A stretch of DNA of 63,805 nt, counting the filler, from Reticulomyxa filosa (lineage: Eukaryota > Protista > Foraminifera), in NCBI GenBank assembly GCA_000512085.1. It is 19 parts of 19 records of this genome, joined end to end, with 100 filler letters (N's around TTAATTAATTAA, not from the genome) between each part and the next. Parts side by side here need not be neighbours in the genome. Positions count along the whole stretch, not along the records: positions 62,806 to 63,805 come from ASPP01038154.1; 18 more parts are not named here. The stretch is one strand, 5' to 3'. Positions 62,986 through 63,805 of this stretch are shown one piece after another. Each line of letters starts with the position of its first letter. The first letter of the stretch is position 1. A program made the position numbers and the translations under genes. The notes beneath the pieces are model-generated. The model had not been told where the DNA came from, searched no databases, and worked only from the letters and a program-made list of their open reading frames with translations.

Positions 62986-63805
62986 TGATCATGAAGACGA
63001 AGCACAGTCGTCAGGGGCGTCATCTCCAGATCACGCACATTCCCGAACCAATACCAGGAGCACAGCGTTTGGAATTTCCAATGGAAACCCAGCTTTCACA
63101 AAGCAGCCGACAGAAACATTTCGAGGTATGTAGGAAAATTGTTGCCTTCAATCATGCCGATCGGCATTTTCATATGCGTACAAACAAATAAAGAAGTATA
63201 TGTATATCTTCAATTAAAAAGGTCATGACCGTCAGTTCCTCTAATTTTTTTTTTGAATAAAAATTTGTGATCGTTTTTTTCTGGATCCCCCTTCCATACA
63301 AAAAGAGAGAAAAAGGGGTGGGAAGGAAAAAAAAAGGGGATAAATTTGGAAATGTAAACAACAGATTTCAACCGTTCACCTGGAGATGGTTCGAATCTTA
63401 CAGGAACAAAGGGCATCGGCAGCGGTGTGAGCAATGGCAGCGGTGGAGGTGGGCATATGGCGAATGAGAGTGTAGGGAGCATGATATCGACCAGTCGCAT
63501 CGGGAAGTTTCCAAGAGTGAAAAGTGCCAATGCGATCAACAGTATTTTCCCGGATATGAGACCAGAAGAAAGCTTGGCGGAGAGAGGACAAAAGGGAGTT
63601 GTGAACAACAACGACGCTGGCAATCAGGCCAATTTCAAAGCGCAGGTAGGAAGTGGGTATGTGGAGAAAGCGCGCGAAAGCGAACAACGCCAATTTCCAC
63701 GTCATCGAACAAGCGTTTCCAATTCCTCTTCCTCATCGCAATTGTTGAATCGTCGCACTTCCAGAGAAATGGAAGAAGCACTAAACAAGGGTGACTTAAA
63801 AGGTA
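62986..63805 (+). CDS. Ser/Gly-rich low-complexity protein, internal exons (~62986-63125, 63365-63805)
   Basis: An open plus-strand frame DFNRSPGDGSNLTG...REMEEALNKGDLKG follows an AG acceptor; the exon DDHEDEAQSS... ends at a GT donor. Confidence 0.5.

Overview
This window is not one locus. It is 19 unrelated draft contigs joined by 18 identical artificial 100-nt spacers (44 N + TTAATTAATTAA + 44 N), so adjacency across spacers carries no meaning. Eighteen contigs come from an AT-rich, intron-rich eukaryote with short GT-AG introns and the standard code. The expanded WD40, Kelch, TRAF-zinc-finger and RNF213-like families strongly recall the foraminiferan Reticulomyxa filosa; this is recognition from memory, not a search result. 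One contig (59495-61133) is GC-rich bacterial DNA encoding a MexJK-like RND efflux pump. Recognisable genes are an Nrd1/Seb1/SCAF4-8-type RRM protein, Nse4, a RanBD + RanBP2-zinc-finger protein, a TRAF-ZnF/coiled-coil/pentapeptide protein, HisRS with a probable mitochondrial presequence, a WD40 protein, an RNF213-like AAA+ ATPase, FBPase, a RecQ/WRN-like helicase, a G8/TMEM2-like GPI protein and a STAND-like NTPase. Eroded LINE copies and Kelch/WD40 pseudogenes are also present. Single-base frameshifts at homopolymers look like sequencing errors. The best leads are (i) a ~33-aa module on its own exon, found at the N-terminus of a WD40 propeller and the C-terminus of a Kelch propeller (candidate F-box/SOCS-like adaptor), and (ii) a dCache-like sensor apparently fused to a two-pore-channel-like segment.
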